A stretch of 64,000 nt of DNA from an uncultured cyanobacterium (GCA_963740315.1 CAVUDP010000001.1:384001-448000); one strand, 5' to 3'. Counted from the first letter of the stretch, positions 29,466-40,835 are shown. Numbers and translations: made by a program. The notes: generated by a model not told the origin, from the sequence alone.

Positions 29466-32120
29466 ATGAGTAAGTTAGTCGTCATCCATCTGGGACACGG
29501 TGACTTAGAAAAAGGATTCGAGCAAGTAACCGCTCAATTATGGGAAGTTGGTGATTCTATAAGGGAACAATTTATCGGTTCGTTACCTCCTGCACCTGAT
29601 TTAGCTGAGATTTATCAAAAATGGCAACTTAGTTATCTGAGTTTGTGTACTCGTTTGCGTTCTGATGTCGATGATGACTACTTGGAAATTGATGCTGCTG
29701 GGATTACCAATGTTTCCGACATCAGCTTTAATGAGTTAGGTCAAGAATTACGACAATATTTGAATAATTGGTTTAAATCTGTAGAGTTTCTTAATATTGA
29801 TCGTAAACTGCGCTCGGCATTAAACCCTACAGAAGAAATACAAGTAATTATTGAGACTAATAATATATTTGTGCGGCGATTGCCTTTGTATTGCTGGGAT
29901 TTTTTTGATGATTATCCTAAAGCCGCAATGGCTCTTTCTCAACTTGAATATCAACACATTGCAAGCTCAAGATTGCCAAAATTTCCCCGACAAAAGGTGA
30001 AAATTTTGGCTGTTCTAGGCAACAGTCAAAATATTGATTTGGAAGCGGAAGCTAAATTTCTCGAAAACTTGCAAGATGCACAAGTTGAGTTTCTTATCAA
30101 ACCTTCACGGGCTACATTCAATAACTACCTTTGGGATTCAGAAGGTTGGGATATTCTGTTTTTTGCAGGTCATAGTAAAACCGAAGGGGAAACGGGTCGA
30201 ATTTATATTAATGAAAATAATATAGATAATAGCTTAACTATTGAACAGTTAAAAGAAGCTCTCAAGCAAGCAATTGGCAAAGGTTTAAAGTTAGCAATTT
30301 TTAATTCCTGTGATGGTTTGGGATTGGCTGATGAATTGCAAAGACTGCATATTCCTACAGTTATTGTCATGCGGGAACCTGTGCCAAATCTGGTTGCTCA
30401 AGACTTCTTTCAATATTTTTTACAATATTTTGCGATCGAGCAACAATATTTATATTTATCAGTAAAACAAGCACGCAAAAAATTACAAGGATTAGAGAAT
30501 AAATTTCCTGGTGCTTCCTGGTTGCCAGTAATTTGTCAAAATCCGGGTGTAGCTCCACCAAGTTGGTTGGATTTGGGTCGTCGTCCCACTAAAATCAGTC
30601 CCTATCGCGGTTTATTTGCTTTCCGGGAAGAAGATGCACGGTTCTTTTTCGGACGAGAAACTTTTACTCAGATGTTGGTGAATGCGGTGCAAAATCAACC
30701 ATTTGTTGCGGTGGTTGGTTCTAGTGGTAGTGGTAAATCTAGCGTTGTGTTCGCTGGTTTGGTAAAGCAACTGCGAGATACTCGAAATTGGCATATTGTT
30801 AACTTTCGTCCGGGTTCCCGACCTTTATTTAATCTTGCAACTGCTCTTGTTTCCCAGCAAGAAGCCCACCTCAGCCGCACCGAACGTTTGCGGGAGATTA
30901 GAAATCTTGCCACCGATTTACAAGATTGCGAGAATGGGTTACGGGATTTTATAGATAATATCCTTTCGGAAAACCCCAATCGTCATTTTTTGCTAGTTGC
31001 TGACCAATTTGAAGAACTTTACACTCTTTGTAGAGACTCACAAGAACGTAAAGCTTTTTTAGATAGATTACTAGAAGCAATAAATAATTCTTCTAATTTT
31101 ACTTTAGTCATCACTCTGAGGGCAGACTTTTTGGGACAGGCGTTATCTTACCGTCCCTTTGCTGATGCTTTGCAGTATGCAGACTTAAAACTTGGTCCGA
31201 TGACCGACTCCGAACTACAAGCTACAGTGTCCAAGCCTGCGGAGTTACTAGGAGTAACAATTGAGGAGAAGCTGACCGAACGCATTCTTTCACAGCTAAG
31301 TCCGGAAAATTTACCTTTATTGGAGTTTGCTTTAACTCAGTTATGGGCAAAACAGCAAGATGCTCAGTTAACCCATGCTGCTTACAATGAAATTGGCGGA
31401 GTAGAAGCAGCATTAGCTCATTATGCCTCGGAAGCATATAACCAGCTTAACTTTGAGGAAAAAGAAAGAGCGCAGCGGATTTTTATCCAACTCGTGCATC
31501 CGGGGCTAGGAACAGAAGATACCCGTCGTGTAGCTACCCGAAAGGAAGTGGGTGAAGAAAATTGGGATTTGGTGACTCGTTTGGCTGATGCTCGTTTGGT
31601 AGTTACGGGATACGACGAGAAAACGAATTTAGAAACCGTGGAAATAGTTCATGAAGCGCTGATTCGCAGTTGGGGACAACTACGAGAGTGGATGCATCAG
31701 GACAGAGACTTTCGCTACTGGCAAGAGCAGTTAAGGGTAGCGATGCTTACTTGGGAAAGTAGCGGTTGTGATGAAGGAGCGCTGTTGCGAGGAAAGCCAC
31801 TTACAGATGCCCAAGATTGGCAGAATCAACGTTTTTTGGAATTGAGTTCAGTGGAAAGGAGTTTTATTCGGTTGAGTGTAAAATTTCGAGAGCGCGAGAG
31901 CAAAAACAAAAAGCGCAGAAGACGATTTACTATTTATGGACTTTCTATTGGCTTGGTTTTAGCCTTGAGTTTGGCGGGGTTGGCTTGGTGGCAATGGCGA
32001 AATTCGGAAAAGAATGAGATTAAAGCTCTTAGTGCATCCTCGGAAGCGTATTTAAGCTCAAATCGTGGACTAGATGCGCTTATAGCAGCAATAAGAACAA
32101 AGGAAAATGGCAAAATTTAA
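29466..32120 (+). CDS. CHAT (caspase/HetF-like) + STAND NTPase + TM protein; N-terminal part of a larger WD40 gene
   Basis: FFAGHS and FNSCDG catalytic dyad, SPYRGL, GSSGSGKSS, LLVADQFEE, LPLLEFAL, IVHEAL, TM helix. Confidence 0.88.
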   Translation: MSKLVVIHLGHGDLEKGFEQVTAQLWEVGDSIREQFIGSLPPAPDLAEIYQKWQLSYLSLCTRLRSDVDDDYLEIDAAGITNVSDISFNELGQELRQYLNNWFKSVEFLNIDRKLRSALNPTEEIQVIIETNNIFVRRLPLYCWDFFDDYPKAAMALSQLEYQHIASSRLPKFPRQKVKILAVLGNSQNIDLEAEAKFLENLQDAQVEFLIKPSRATFNNYLWDSEGWDILFFAGHSKTEGETGRIYINENNIDNSLTIEQLKEALKQAIGKGLKLAIFNSCDGLGLADELQRLHIPTVIVMREPVPNLVAQDFFQYFLQYFAIEQQYLYLSVKQARKKLQGLENKFPGASWLPVICQNPGVAPPSWLDLGRRPTKISPYRGLFAFREEDARFFFGRETFTQMLVNAVQNQPFVAVVGSSGSGKSSVVFAGLVKQLRDTRNWHIVNFRPGSRPLFNLATALVSQQEAHLSRTERLREIRNLATDLQDCENGLRDFIDNILSENPNRHFLLVADQFEELYTLCRDSQERKAFLDRLLEAINNSSNFTLVITLRADFLGQALSYRPFADALQYADLKLGPMTDSELQATVSKPAELLGVTIEEKLTERILSQLSPENLPLLEFALTQLWAKQQDAQLTHAAYNEIGGVEAALAHYASEAYNQLNFEEKERAQRIFIQLVHPGLGTEDTRRVATRKEVGEENWDLVTRLADARLVVTGYDEKTNLETVEIVHEALIRSWGQLREWMHQDRDFRYWQEQLRVAMLTWESSGCDEGALLRGKPLTDAQDWQNQRFLELSSVERSFIRLSVKFRERESKNKKRRRRFTIYGLSIGLVLALSLAGLAWWQWRNSEKNEIKALSASSEAYLSSNRGLDALIAAIRTKENGKI

Positions 32121-34036
32121 AATCACTTGGATTAGAACAGATATTAAGGATGAAGGCAACAAAATGTGATTTAAAAATTTAGAACGGGCAGTTTATCGGG
32201 ATAGTGTAGTTACCACAGTTGCTTTTAGCCCCAAGGGTGAGATTATTGTCACAGCAGATGGGGAAGGGAAGGTGAAACTTTGGCAGCAAAATGGGGAATT
32301 CAAAACAGATTGTCAGGACATAAAGAAAGTCATTTGTGCGGTTGTTTTTAGTCCAGATGGTAAAACTATTGCTTCAGCCAGTGCAGATGACACTATTAAA
32401 CTCTGGAATCGCAATGGTAAAGAGTTAAACACGTTTAAAGGTCACAATAATGAAATTTGGCAGTTGCTTTCAGTCCAGATAGTAAAACTATTGCTTCTGC
32501 GAGGGTAGCTGGCACTATTAAACTCTGGAATCAAAATGGTAAAGAGTTAAACACGATTACCAAGGTCACAGTGACAAAGTTTACTCAGTGCAGGATTTAG
32601 CCCAGATGGCAAAACTATTGCTTCAGCCAGTGCAGATGGCACCATTAAACTCTGGAATCAAAATGGTAAAGAGTTAAACACGTTTAAAGGATTCACAATG
32701 ATGAAATTTGGGCATTGCTTTTAGTCCCGATGGTAAAATGATTGCTTCAGCATGAAGATGACACCATTAAACTCTGGAATCACGCAATGGTAAAAAAATA
32801 AATACTCTCAAAGGTCACGACGACAAAGTTTACTCAGTGCAATTTAGTCCAGATGGTCAACAAAATTGCTTCGGCAAGTGGAGATAAAACCGTAAAAATT
32901 TGGAATGTGTACGGTGGAGAATTAAATACTTTCCGAGGTCATAGCGATAAAGTTTGGCAAGTAGCATTCAGTCCAGATGGCACAAAAATTGCTTCAGCTT
33001 CTGAAGATAAGACTATCAAAATCTGGGAACCAGGTGGTACACCTTTGAAAGCCCTTACGGGATATAGCAGTTCAGTTTATGCAGTTGCTTTCAGTGGTGA
33101 TGGTAAGGCGATCGCCACAGGTGATGGGACAACACTGTAAAACTTTGGAACCAGGATGGTAAGTTACATAAAATGCTCGCTAGCGATAATGATGATAAAC
33201 GTCATTATGATAGGGTTTAGGGAGTGTCTTTTAGCCCCGATAGCAAAACTATAGCTTCAGCGAGCGAGGACAAAACCGTTAAACTGTGGAAACGTTGACA
33301 ACGTTTGTTTCAAGTTCTTAAAAATCAAAACAAACAGCAGTTATCGGAGTGCCTTTTAGTCCAGATGGCAAAACAATTGCTTCGGCTTCAGACGATACAA
33401 CTATTAAAATTTGGAATCAAGATGACAGTTTGCTTTAACGACCTTAGAAGGACATGATGCTGGCGTTTTGGGGTTAGATTTCAGCCCAGATGGTAAGATA
33501 ATTGCTTCAGCTTCGGATGATAAAACTATTAAACTTTGGAAATCGAGGATGGCACTTGGTTACGAACTTAAAGGACATAATCAAGGAGTTAGGGGAGTAG
33601 CTTTCAGCCCAGATGGAAAAAAAATTGCTTACAGCTATGGATAATACCATCAAAATCTGGGATACAAACGGGAAATTACTAAACACACTCCGAGAACATA
33701 GTAATGAAGTTAGAACAGTTATTTTTAATCCCAATGGTAAAACGATTGCTTCAGCGAGTTTGGATAAGACTGTTAAATTATGGAAATTAGATGGTACTTT
33801 GCTGCATACTTTACCCGTCATGCGCAGACTTCGTGCTTTCAGTTTCCTTTAGTCCAGATGGTAAAACGATTGCTTCTGCTTCTGACGATAAGTCTGTAAT
33901 CTTATGGAATTGGGAAGAAGCTAAGGACTTAGATAAACTACTTAAATATGCTTGTAATTGGGGACGTGAATATTTTGAAACTAATCCCAACCTGACTCAA
34001 AGTGACAAAAAATTGTGCGATAAAATTCAACATTAA
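32121..34036 (+). pseudogene. WD40-repeat C-terminal part of the CHAT-STAND gene, broken by many frameshifts
   Basis: Repeated FSPDGK.IASAS.D.T.KLW units spread over all three frames; ends LDKLL..AC.W...Y. Confidence 0.85.
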
Positions 34037-34236
34037 GCTTAAGAAATAAAAGCTGGATAAAGCTAAGAATGGTCGCGATTGTCACAATACCGAGTTGGTG
34101 CGTGACGCTACAAGTTTTATTGTTCTGTAAATATTTTTCAAGTTAGCAGAAAACATTGTCTGGAATATTGTAATGCAATCTTTCAGACAATTGTTTTCAT
34201 ATTTGAATTCAAAAACGCTAACAAACAAGTTATTTC

Positions 34237-34932
34237 TTAAGTTCTAAATGGCACTTCTCTGCAACTTCCTTGTTCTTTAGTGTAGAAGAAAGGTCTGCGG
34301 TCAACAGGTTTATTATTGGGGGGATTAATTATAACATCCCATTTTTTCATATCGAAACCTGTGTGTGTCCAGGACTTTTGGCAATCCATTACTTTGTCTA
34401 TATTGTTTTGGGGTGTAGTATACATCCATACATCAATCATAGTCCTTTTTCCTTTACACTTATCTGGAGGGCATTCATCTGCTACAATCAAGTACTTTTT
34501 TAGGTGAGGTGCATATATGCGAGTACCAGGAAATAAGCATTTATTGTTTTGCCAGTTATAGCGCGTCGGGATTGCTACTATAATTGGCTTTTCGTAGCTT
34601 CCATCTCCACCCTTTTTGTCCTTTGCATCTTTGTAGATTAAGCGCTTGTAGTTAGGCAAGTTACTGTAATCGGAAGAATAAGCAATGTCATAATTGGGGT
34701 TTGGATTCCCTATATAGTCGTTATCGTGATAACTATAATATGTCATGTGAACCTTACTTAAATCCTCGCCATCACACGAAGGAGCAGTAGCAACTTGTGT
34801 TACTTCAAATTGTTTCATTTTTGAGGAGGTTTGAACTGCGTTTACTCCCTGTTTTTGAAATGCTGTAGATACACCAGCACTCACTATCATTAATGTTGTA
34901 GCAGCAGAAATCATAGCCAGCTTTTTTTTCAT
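34237..34932 (-). CDS. Secreted protein, probable RlpA/3D-like double-psi barrel (start MKKKLA)
   Basis: Signal peptide; TYY..HDND, GDGSYEKPI.VA, PGTRIY.PHLKKY.IV.DEC, IDVW. Confidence 0.6.
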   Translation of the reverse strand: MKKKLAMISAATTLMIVSAGVSTAFQKQGVNAVQTSSKMKQFEVTQVATAPSCDGEDLSKVHMTYYSYHDNDYIGNPNPNYDIAYSSDYSNLPNYKRLIYKDAKDKKGGDGSYEKPIIVAIPTRYNWQNNKCLFPGTRIYAPHLKKYLIVADECPPDKCKGKRTMIDVWMYTTPQNNIDKVMDCQKSWTHTGFDMKKWDVIINPPNNKPVDRRPFFYTKEQGSCREVPFRT

Positions 34933-35068
34933 GAGATTACTCCTTAATAAACTTAAGTTACTCTTGTCTAAAATTTGATTGGAATTGCTTCTTACAGGAA
35001 GAGAACAATTGGAAATCGCTATCATTCAGATATCGAAATATAACGAAAGATATCTAAAGCTATCCAAG

Positions 35069-35957
35069 TTAAGTAATAGGTAATTTTATTCTCTCCTTGA
35101 GACTGTACTGCTTGACTCTAAGAATACAAATCTTCCATCCTGCTTCTATTTGTCTGGGGTCGCGAATTAAATCTTTATTAGCTTCGTAAATTTTTCTCCA
35201 TGATTGTTCGCTTCCATCCAGGTAAAATTTTTCGGCTATTTTAGATAAATCGTCACCAATTTGGACTTCGTAAACTTGAGAATTCGGCGGACATTTTCGC
35301 TCAGAAGGTTGTGGTGTGGAAAATGTCATTTCATTAAGAGTAACTAAACTAAAACCTTGCTGTTTTAGTCGGGGAATAGCAATATCAACCGCTTTAATTG
35401 TATCTTCCCCCCGTGCTTGATTCCCCTGTTTGGGTAAATCGTGACACAAAATAATTGACCCATTTTCAGTAGACAGCAAAGTATTGACAATGGATTCCAC
35501 TCCAAGAGCTCTCCAATCGTTCGTATCAGTTGACCAGTGAATATGGCTAAGTCCAAGATTTTCTGCTAATTCAGTTACCCTAAATTTATTATTCTTATCA
35601 ATAGCCTGGTTGTTTTCAAAAGGAGGTTCACCCATTGGGGGACGAAAATAATTGGGAGTATACCCGGTTGCTCGCTGAATTTCTTCGTTGCATCCGCAGT
35701 TTAGTGAGGACAAGATAGTCATTTAACGTCCGAAGACTTGGATTATCATAAGCAGATTGGCAATAAGATGCCATCTGATACGGCTGTTTAACAATGTGCG
35801 GAAATTTATTAACACGATTATCAATGAAAAATAGTGCTTCAGTCGTGTTATGCCAAGTATCGCAAGCAGCTTTGTGTAATGTCGTAAGGACCGTCGTCGA
35901 ATGTGAGAGCAATGTAAGGTTGGTTTCGGGCACCCGATTCAATTATTTCTGACATGA
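35069..35957 (-). pseudogene. NodB-type polysaccharide deacetylase + LysM protein, frameshifted at the 5' end
   Basis: YFRPPMG, WSTDTNDW, GSIILCHD; LysM YEVQIGDDLSKIAEKFY...WRKIYEAN; N-terminal region scrambled. Confidence 0.8.
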
Positions 35958-36018
35958 TAGTTCCTCTGCAAACTCCAGACTAGGCTATAGTGTGACTGTT
36001 TTAAGCTTATTCATATTA

Positions 36019-37491
36019 TCAAAAATCTACCTTGCAATTAATTCTACTTTCTTTCCAAGTACCGTGAAAACCCGGAGGAATTACACTCGGTAAACTCAAT
36101 TTACAAACGGGTTCTTTATCTAATTGTTCGGCATCAAATATCCATACTTCGCTACTATCTAAATTACCGTTGTAGACAACCGTTAAAATAAAACCTTGAG
36201 CGTAAATCGGTTCGGAAGGATAAAGATTTTCACCAAAGTTTGCTTCGGTAATAGTATCAGTTTTACTATCAAAGCAAGCAATACTATTCAATATCTCTTT
36301 ACTAATATCCGTACCTTCCTTAACTGTGGAAAGATAAGTATATCGAGAAGATTTTCCGACATTTTGCTGCGGTACGATCGGAAATTCGCAATGTCGATCA
36401 AATAATGTTTCTATATTACTTACTTTACCAGTTTGCGGATTCAGAATTACTCGCGTTAACTTACTTTGTGAAGCAGTATGAGTTTCACCTGTAGCTACTT
36501 CTTTAAGATATTGATTAGTTTTAAAATCTTCATAACTAGCAATATCAACAATGACAGCACCGCTATCATCTATATAACCATTAGAAAAATGCCATTGAAA
36601 CCAGGGTTCCGTCTCGCTACGGCTGATAATATCTAAAGTATCGCGATCGCAAACTAAAATTTGGGTTCCTTTGCTAGGTTGCCATTCCAAAGAATCGCTA
36701 AAGCAACTCAATCCAACTGCTGGCATTAATAAATTTAACCGCACCGGAGGAATAAAAAATATTAAATATCCTCCCGCTAAAACAAAATCATGTATTAAAG
36801 GTACACCATCTAATTGATGTGCAGCTTTCTTGATAATTTTTCCCGTAGCATCGCTTTTGTAAATATTAAGCGTTGAATTTAAACCAGGTGAGGTACCAAA
36901 ATTAAAAATTTCTCCCGTCTGAGAATCAACCTTCGGATGTGCAGAATATCCCATTCCATCATCCAATTGCTCTAAATTCTCTTTCCCCAAAGTATCCAGA
37001 TTTTGTAAATCGAGTTTGTGAGGGTTTCCACCTTCCCACAAAGCCAAAAGTTTATCGGGTAAAGCCAAAACCGAAGTATTTGCAGCATTTTTAATTGGTT
37101 TAAACCATTGATTCCAAACTGCTCCCGGTGCTGTCATGCCATAATTACCGTAAAGCAACTTCTCTGCACTTTCTTCTTCTTTAAATCCTTCAGTTTGCAC
37201 GTAGCGATAAACAGCAGATGCATTACCATTACCCCCCTTAGTCCCCCCTTGTAAAGGGGGGAAACTGGAATTGAAATGTACGGCAAGAATGGCACCATCT
37301 CCATCAAACCAGTGTCCTACAGAAATACCACCACGTTCCAATCTTGCCGGACCGTTGCGGTAAAGGGTACCATTTAAACTTGCGGGAATTTCACCTTCAA
37401 TTATTGAAAGTGGAGTTAAGGGAAATTCCGACGCGGGTTTTTGAAAAGCCTTAGCCCAAGCTTTTGTTGCGGACTTTTGAACTGTTTGCAT
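36019..37491 (-). CDS. Carotenoid oxygenase (RPE65/CCD) family protein
   Basis: GTLYRNGP, HWFDGDG, SAHPK, IHDF, WHF, PSEP, GFHGTW (four Fe-ligand His). Confidence 0.93.
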   Translation of the reverse strand: MQTVQKSATKAWAKAFQKPASEFPLTPLSIIEGEIPASLNGTLYRNGPARLERGGISVGHWFDGDGAILAVHFNSSFPPLQGGTKGGNGNASAVYRYVQTEGFKEEESAEKLLYGNYGMTAPGAVWNQWFKPIKNAANTSVLALPDKLLALWEGGNPHKLDLQNLDTLGKENLEQLDDGMGYSAHPKVDSQTGEIFNFGTSPGLNSTLNIYKSDATGKIIKKAAHQLDGVPLIHDFVLAGGYLIFFIPPVRLNLLMPAVGLSCFSDSLEWQPSKGTQILVCDRDTLDIISRSETEPWFQWHFSNGYIDDSGAVIVDIASYEDFKTNQYLKEVATGETHTASQSKLTRVILNPQTGKVSNIETLFDRHCEFPIVPQQNVGKSSRYTYLSTVKEGTDISKEILNSIACFDSKTDTITEANFGENLYPSEPIYAQGFILTVVYNGNLDSSEVWIFDAEQLDKEPVCKLSLPSVIPPGFHGTWKESRINCKVDF

Positions 37492-37529
37492 ATTAAATCA
37501 ACTTGAAGCAGTTATACAATAATTTTAGT

Positions 37530-38537
37530 ATGGATAATAAGCCCCTAGAACTTCAAGCAGAAAAATTAACTGAACACAATTTAATAAAATACGGTTTTCT
37601 TGTTACTAAACCAGCGTTTGACAAGGAAGGAACCGATTTACTGATAGTTAAAGATATTTCTCAGAAAATCACGCCTTTCATCAAAGTTCAATGTAAAGGT
37701 AGAACTATTAAAAAATATTCTAATGTAACAATACCCAAAAAATATGTAGAAGAAAATTTTGTAGTTGTTCTGTATGTTGAAAAAGAAATTACTAAAGAAG
37801 ATTTTCTTTATGTTTTTTTCTATGATGATATTAAGCTGTGGCGAACTGAAGGAATAAATTTTAACTTAACTATTCCGAACGATTTTCAAAACAAGGAAGA
37901 GTTTAAAGCGCGGCTGTTCAACACAGAAGCTATAACTAAAATAGAAAATATTCTTTTAAGACAAGCAGTCAATCAGTTAATAAAAACAAACCAGTCTATA
38001 ATTATAGATGGAATATTTCTGCAAAACGCAGTCTTATATACGCAAAACATTTATAAAGAAGTATATCCAGGAAAGACTTTTACAAAACTTAATATTGATT
38101 ATATTGTAGAGCAGCTTCTGAAATACAGTCGTCTTAAGTCCGAAAACGAAGTTAACTGTTATCTAATTTATTCAACTCAATTTAATTTGGAGTATTTAGT
38201 AGATATAGGCGATATAACAAAAGATGATTTATTTACAGGAAAGGAGTCAAATTATGTTGGACGTAATTACAACTTGTTCAAGTTAAAGACGCAGGATATT
38301 GTGTTGTTTAAAGTGGTAGAACAACTCGATCGTATTATCAACGTAGAAAACGTAATGCTAGTAGCTGATGATTTTGGTTATGTTCCATATCTTCAAGCTT
38401 TAGAAGACAAAGGAGTGCAAGTAGTACTATTTCATCATTCGGAAAATTCAGGTTCAAGAATGTCTCACGAATTTAAGTGGGCTAATATAGTATATCCGTT
38501 GGCTTTGGCTATGGGCTTACAGGAACACGAATTATAA
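37530..38537 (+). CDS. PD-(D/E)XK (DUF4365-like) domain fused to a NYN/PIN-like domain
   Basis: D.EGTDLL...IKVQCKGR at the N-terminus; IIIDGIFL and MLVADDFGYVPYLQALEDKG.QV at the C-terminus. Confidence 0.6.
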   Translation: MDNKPLELQAEKLTEHNLIKYGFLVTKPAFDKEGTDLLIVKDISQKITPFIKVQCKGRTIKKYSNVTIPKKYVEENFVVVLYVEKEITKEDFLYVFFYDDIKLWRTEGINFNLTIPNDFQNKEEFKARLFNTEAITKIENILLRQAVNQLIKTNQSIIIDGIFLQNAVLYTQNIYKEVYPGKTFTKLNIDYIVEQLLKYSRLKSENEVNCYLIYSTQFNLEYLVDIGDITKDDLFTGKESNYVGRNYNLFKLKTQDIVLFKVVEQLDRIINVENVMLVADDFGYVPYLQALEDKGVQVVLFHHSENSGSRMSHEFKWANIVYPLALAMGLQEHEL

Positions 38538-38770
38538 ACAAGAATCACTGTTTAACTTGTTCTCAGTTTCAGTTAAGAATACACTCAAGAGTCTTTCTCA
38601 AGTTCCATCTATTAGTGACAAGTTAAGCCTTTTCTGCTCTAAAATTAGCTATCTCTCTTGTCTTAAAAAATTGCTGATAAGGGAATTTACTTAACTCCCT
38701 ATCCTCTTCTTCTGGACTTGATTTAGCTTATATTTATTAAAAAATAACAAGCTAAATCATAGTGATATTA

Positions 38771-39695
38771 TTACTGCCTAAATCTCGAAATCAATTCCTC
38801 ACGGGACAATTGTATTAACAACGGAGAAAATTCCTCTGGAGTTAATGCTAATAGTGGTTGAATAATTGAATTTAATTCGTCATCTAAAGAACCAAATCTG
38901 GCTCGTAATAAATTTTCTATAACGGTACGATGTCCTTCTTGTATTCCTTCGTTTCGTCCTTCTTGTATCCCTTCGTTACGTCCTTCTTGTTTAGCTTCGG
39001 CTAATCTTTCTAGATAAATCGGTGATAAATTCATCAGTAACTCCCTATCCTCTTCGTCTGGGTTTTGTCTAATTTCTATTTGAGTCTTTAAACTCAATAA
39101 TAAATCAATTGCTTTATCCCGTAGGGGATTATTCTGGGGAAGTGCTTCTAATTCTTCGATGGCTCGTTGTTGTACTCTACCTTTACCTAAAAGCCTTAAC
39201 CACAAGGTTTCTGGTGTACGAGGTAACTGATGAATGGCGATAATTACGGTTTTTAGATAGTCTCCTAAAAAATGAACCCCTGCACCCCAATTCTCTTCGT
39301 CGAGACTGGCTTTAAATCCATCTAATATTGTTGTAGATGCTGTAGGAGATAAAATCCACAGTTTGGGTAAATCGTCTTCTTGCGTGGGGATATTATCGCG
39401 TTTGTTTTGGCGTTCTATATCGGCAATAATATAGAACAACTTGTTCATACAGCTACGAATTTCTGAGATTTTTACCGCATTTCTAAATGGTTCTATAAGT
39501 GCGGCTTTCTCGGCTAATTGCCCTAACAATCCCAATTGTATTGTATCTGTGGTAGGTTGAGACGAAGGCGCAAAGTAAACATCAATTTCCCGAATCTCCG
39601 CCGGTACTGTCTTACTGGTTTCTATTTTTCCTAATGGTTGTAATAATTCTTCAAGATAATACGAGGGCAAACTGGTCGTAGGGGAACCTAGTCAT
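38771..39695 (-). pseudogene. Rpn/PD-(D/E)XK-like cyanobacterial multicopy protein, +1 frameshift near the start
   Basis: MTRFPYDQFA start is out of frame with YLEELL...REIDVYF...EPFRN; EGRNEGIQ repeats; RFG.L C-terminus. Confidence 0.7.
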
Positions 39696-39755
39696 TAGAT
39701 AATGTTTATTAGCTGCCGTCCAATTTTATGATGTATTTCAAATATATAAAGCTTT

Positions 39756-40835
39756 ATGTCTAAAGTAGAATATTTTTTATTAACTCGCGTTTTACTCGAA
39801 TTCGATCTCAGAAGTGAAGATATTGTCAGCGATATTTCTGCTGCTACTTTTAGCGATGATGGTAGTTTGTGGATTGGTTCGGATGAAATGGTTGGGGTTG
39901 AACGTCTTTCTCCCGTAGGTTGTCATAGTTTCGGCAAGCATCAACGCTTTTTATTAAAAGATTATATCGAGCTATTTGACGACGATGAAATTGATATTGA
40001 AGGTATGGATTTTCGTGGTGGCTATCTTTGGTTGACTGGTTCTCACAGTACTAAAAGAAAGAAACCCAAAGGCAAAGATTTGGAAACAGATTTATCTCGA
40101 CTTGCTACTATTACTACCGACTTAAATCGTTTTATTTTGGCAAGAATTCCTGTTGTTAATGGTGAATTAATTAAATCTTGCGTTCCCGTTGAAGGTGAAA
40201 CTTTAAGCGCAGCTTGTTTGCAAACAATTGGCGATCGCAATGTATTATTTGAAGCTTTAAAAGAAGACGTACATTTAAAGCCATTTATTACTAGTGGAAT
40301 ACCTTCTAAAGATAATGGTTTGGATATCGAAGGTTTAGCAATAGCAAGTAATAACCGCCTTTTTCTCGGTTTGCGCGGACCTGTATTGCGGGGATGGTCT
40401 TTAATTATAGAAGTACAATTAACAGAATCCGAACCGGGTGTTTTGGTGCTGCAAGAAATTACCGATGGAGGCGCAAAATACAAAAAGCATTTTCTCGATT
40501 TGAACGGTTTGGGAATACGAGAATTATGTTTGCAAGAATCAGATTTAATTATTTTAGCAGGACCGACTATGGCTGTAGAAGGAGAAATGGAGGTTTTTCG
40601 CTGGAAAGATGCTTTAAATGATTCGAGTGACAACGATAATATCCATCAGCAGGATGAGGATAACTTGTTTCCCTTGTTTGACTTACCTTTTACCATTGGT
40701 TCCGACCATGCTGAAGGTTTGGCGCTATATTCATGCTGGGGAGAACAAAATAGCTTGATGGTATTTTACGATTCTCCAGATAATCGCCGTTTGCGACCAG
40801 ATAAACAAATATTAGTTGATGTTTTTCAAATTTAG
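39756..40835 (+). CDS. DUF3616-family beta-propeller-like protein
   Basis: LWIGSDE, EIDIEG, WLTGSHS.KRKK, PSKDNGLDIEGLA, LGLRGPVLRG, DHAEG. Confidence 0.8.
   Translation: MSKVEYFLLTRVLLEFDLRSEDIVSDISAATFSDDGSLWIGSDEMVGVERLSPVGCHSFGKHQRFLLKDYIELFDDDEIDIEGMDFRGGYLWLTGSHSTKRKKPKGKDLETDLSRLATITTDLNRFILARIPVVNGELIKSCVPVEGETLSAACLQTIGDRNVLFEALKEDVHLKPFITSGIPSKDNGLDIEGLAIASNNRLFLGLRGPVLRGWSLIIEVQLTESEPGVLVLQEITDGGAKYKKHFLDLNGLGIRELCLQESDLIILAGPTMAVEGEMEVFRWKDALNDSSDNDNIHQQDEDNLFPLFDLPFTIGSDHAEGLALYSCWGEQNSLMVFYDSPDNRRLRPDKQILVDVFQI

Noticed and set aside
38575..38730. Possible small gene after the nuclease fusion
   Set aside because: Only a short degenerate match (aactccctatcctcttc) to the adjacent Rpn-like gene, with no intact ORF
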